Source: Leptolyngbyaceae cyanobacterium | GTDB taxonomy: Bacteria; Cyanobacteriota; Cyanobacteriia; Phormidesmidales; Phormidesmidaceae | DNA length: 64,000 nt | Direction: 5' to 3' | Assembly: GCA_965263355.1 (NCBI GenBank) | Contig: CBDHHL010000048.1 | Span: 64,001-128,000 of the forward strand | In this document: positions 61,708 through 64,000 of the stretch, piece by piece | Numbering within the stretch: position 1 is the stretch's first letter | Layout: each line of letters opens with the position of its first letter | The notes under the pieces: generated by a model | Seen by the model: the letters and a program-made list of their open reading frames with translations, nothing else | Told to the model about the DNA's origin: nothing | Databases searched by the model: none | Program-made: the position numbers and the translations under genes

Positions 61708-63897
61708 TCAAGGGGTTTTTGGGGCCAACTTGCGGGCAGTAACCAGGGCAATATTGGTTTGCCAAGGGAGTGTAGCTTGCGTTTTACTCCAACCTAAATA
61801 GGTCTTGCGAATGGTCTCAATCTCTTTGGGATTTAAAGCCTGGGCTAGGTGGCTAATGTAACGAGACTGTGGTCCAAACCACCGAGTTTGTAGCTGAGAT
61901 GTGAGGGGTAGTGCAATCGGGAATTCTACTAGCTCAATCTGAGCTGTGAGGCCAGTGGCGGTAAACCAATGGGAAACAGCGTCAATGTCCCATTGCTGAC
62001 TATCGCTGTCGTAAAGAGCATCTTCAGCTTGCTGGAGTTTATTAAAAAGTTTTGGGGAGAGCACCTGGTCGGGCAACAAGCTGTATAGACGCACCGTACG
62101 GTAAGGAATCGTTTCAGCCAGGACAAGCGTGCCTTGGTCAGTCAGGTAATTGCCCAGTTGCTGTAACAGATGAGCGCGATCGGCAATTGTTTTTAAGGCA
62201 TTACGCCCAACAATACCGTCAAATCGAAGGTTGGGAGTTTGTTGGGCCAATGACTGGGGTAAGTCGTCTAGGGGGGTGGATAGAAAAATAGGCTGGGATA
62301 AAGTGTCTAGCAGTTGGGCTTGTTCCACTAATGTCTGATGAATTTTAGGGGTATGGGCACAGCTATAAACACCGCCTTCGGGGACCTGACGTAGGGCTTC
62401 CCAGGTGAGGAGACCAGCATTGAGATCAAGCAATACATGATGTCGCTGGGGGTTAAGGATAGTGTAAATGAGATCGCAAACCTGCCTCAATTGCTCCCCC
62501 GCATTCCCTAACGTCCGCTGCAGCCACTGTTCCTGAGCCTGATCGGTCGGGCCAAAGGTCAGCACCTCAGGTAAATCTGCCTCCATGACCGCAGCCAGTT
62601 GCGCCTCTCGTTTGCGGGTTACCTCTAGGCGGATCGTGTCTTCATACCCCTGAGTTGACGGCTGGTAAAACATCTTCCCCTGCAGCCCCGTCGGCAAATA
62701 TTGCTGCTCTACCCAATGGTCTCGATAAGCATGGGGATATAAATACCCCTGACCATGGCCAAATTCTTTTTTATCCCGATTAGCATCCCGCAGCGGGTTA
62801 GGGACATCGGCTTCCCGTTCCTGCTCTACTGTACTGAGGGCCTCAAAAAAGCCCATAACGCTGTTAGATTTAGGGCAAGTGGCCAGATAAAGTGCCGCTT
62901 GGGCCAGGGGATATCGCCCCTCTGGCATACCTACTCGGTCAAACGCCTGGGCACAGCTATTGGTCACAACAACCGCATTGGGGTCCGCCAGTCCCACATC
63001 TTCCCCCGCAAAAATTACCATGCGCCGAAAAATATAACGGGGGTCCTCACCGGCATACACCATCCGGGCAAGCCAATAGAGGGTGGCATCGGGGTCAGAC
63101 CCGCGCATGCTTTTGATAAAGGCGCTAATGGTATCAAAGTGAGCGTCCCCTTCCTTGTCGTACAGGACAGCTCTTTTCTGAATTGATTCTTCGGCCACGG
63201 TCAGGGAAATGCTGGCATCGGGCGTGGTTTCTACCGCCAGTTCAAGCGCATTTAGTAGGGCACGGGCATCGCCGTTAGCGACATTAACCAGATGGTCTAA
63301 GGCATCATTATCGATCTGGATATGGCGATCACCATATCCTCGCTCTGTATCGGTCAGGGTTTGCTGAACGATTTGTCGTAGATTATCGGGCTCTAACGGT
63401 TTTAGTTGAAAGACTCGTGAGCGACTTACCAGGGCCTTATTAACCTCAAAGTAAGGATTTTCGGTAGTCGCGCCAATCAGAATTACGGTGCCGTTTTCTA
63501 CCCAGGGTAGGAGAGCGTCTTGCTGAGACTTATTAAACCGGTGGACTTCATCGACAAACAGAATGGTGCGTTGACCGTGCTGCCCTCGCAGAGTTTGGGC
63601 AGTTGCGATCGCGGCCCGAATATCCTTCACTCCAGCCAACACCGCATTTATCGCAATAAAGTGAGCCTTTGTCGTATTCGCAATCACCTGCGCCAGAGTT
63701 GTCTTTCCCGTTCCCGGTGGACCATAAAACAACAATGACGATAGCTGATCTGCCTGAATTGCTCGACGTAGCAATCGCCCCGGTCCAACGATGGCATCTT
63801 GACCAACATACTCATCTAGACTGCGGGGACGCATGCGAGCGGCAAGGGGAGCTTCCTGATCCACTAAAGTTTGCCGATGCTGTTCAAATAAATCCAT
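61708..63897 (-). CDS. rarA: Replication-associated recombination protein RarA/MgsA with C-terminal methyltransferase-like domain
   Basis: PLAARMRP, GPPGTGKT, DEVHRF, ATTENP, SAFIKSMRGSD; extra C-terminal domain starting near LLDLNAG; ATG 63897 preferred. Confidence 0.88.
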   Translation of the reverse strand: MDLFEQHRQTLVDQEAPLAARMRPRSLDEYVGQDAIVGPGRLLRRAIQADQLSSLLFYGPPGTGKTTLAQVIANTTKAHFIAINAVLAGVKDIRAAIATAQTLRGQHGQRTILFVDEVHRFNKSQQDALLPWVENGTVILIGATTENPYFEVNKALVSRSRVFQLKPLEPDNLRQIVQQTLTDTERGYGDRHIQIDNDALDHLVNVANGDARALLNALELAVETTPDASISLTVAEESIQKRAVLYDKEGDAHFDTISAFIKSMRGSDPDATLYWLARMVYAGEDPRYIFRRMVIFAGEDVGLADPNAVVVTNSCAQAFDRVGMPEGRYPLAQAALYLATCPKSNSVMGFFEALSTVEQEREADVPNPLRDANRDKKEFGHGQGYLYPHAYRDHWVEQQYLPTGLQGKMFYQPSTQGYEDTIRLEVTRKREAQLAAVMEADLPEVLTFGPTDQAQEQWLQRTLGNAGEQLRQVCDLIYTILNPQRHHVLLDLNAGLLTWEALRQVPEGGVYSCAHTPKIHQTLVEQAQLLDTLSQPIFLSTPLDDLPQSLAQQTPNLRFDGIVGRNALKTIADRAHLLQQLGNYLTDQGTLVLAETIPYRTVRLYSLLPDQVLSPKLFNKLQQAEDALYDSDSQQWDIDAVSHWFTATGLTAQIELVEFPIALPLTSQLQTRWFGPQSRYISHLAQALNPKEIETIRKTYLGWSKTQATLPWQTNIALVTARKLAPKTP

Positions 63898-64000
63898 GGC
63901 CATAGACAACATCAAACGCTCTTTAAAGCGATAGCGCCCCCAAAACTAGGAGACGCTAGATATACATAACGATTAATTGAATCGTTAGACGAAGTTTCTA

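Overview
A 64-kb core-genome segment of a cyanobacterium. About 20 HIP1 octamers (GCGATCGC), the guaB-Yfr1-trxA arrangement, psb32, Fd-GOGAT and sigF support this; a filamentous Leptolyngbyaceae-like host is only an impression. Most of it is housekeeping: anmK (partial), ktrA, guaB, trxA, LOG family, amiC, pepP, trpG, dgkA, ybeY, frameshifted prfB, tenA, smpB, sigF, tig-clpP-clpX, asd-dapA-rnj, rne-rnhB, pheA, rpsL-rpsG-fusA-tuf-rpsJ, glsF, gap1, psb32, purN, a PAS-GAF histidine kinase, dprA, an acyltransferase and rarA. Features missing from the ORF track that I read directly: the Yfr1 sRNA, a DUF3285 small ORF, the true prfB start, a decayed 2H-phosphoesterase (2'-5' RNA ligase family) pseudogene carrying a perfect 21-bp palindrome, a possible TPR relic, an IS1380-like fragment between rnj and rne, and a 56-aa membrane ORF. 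The most interesting region is the accessory block at 56.0-61.4 kb. It holds a GTAG-REP/REPIN cluster, a SWIM protein, a TPR array, and an apparently chimeric gene (truncated TPR fused in frame to a helical plus winged-helix protein) followed by the small membrane protein. This may be the deleted remnant of a TPR(-protease)/substrate/membrane-protein operon. I saw no rRNA, tRNA or CRISPR array. All family calls come from motif recognition; no database searches were run.
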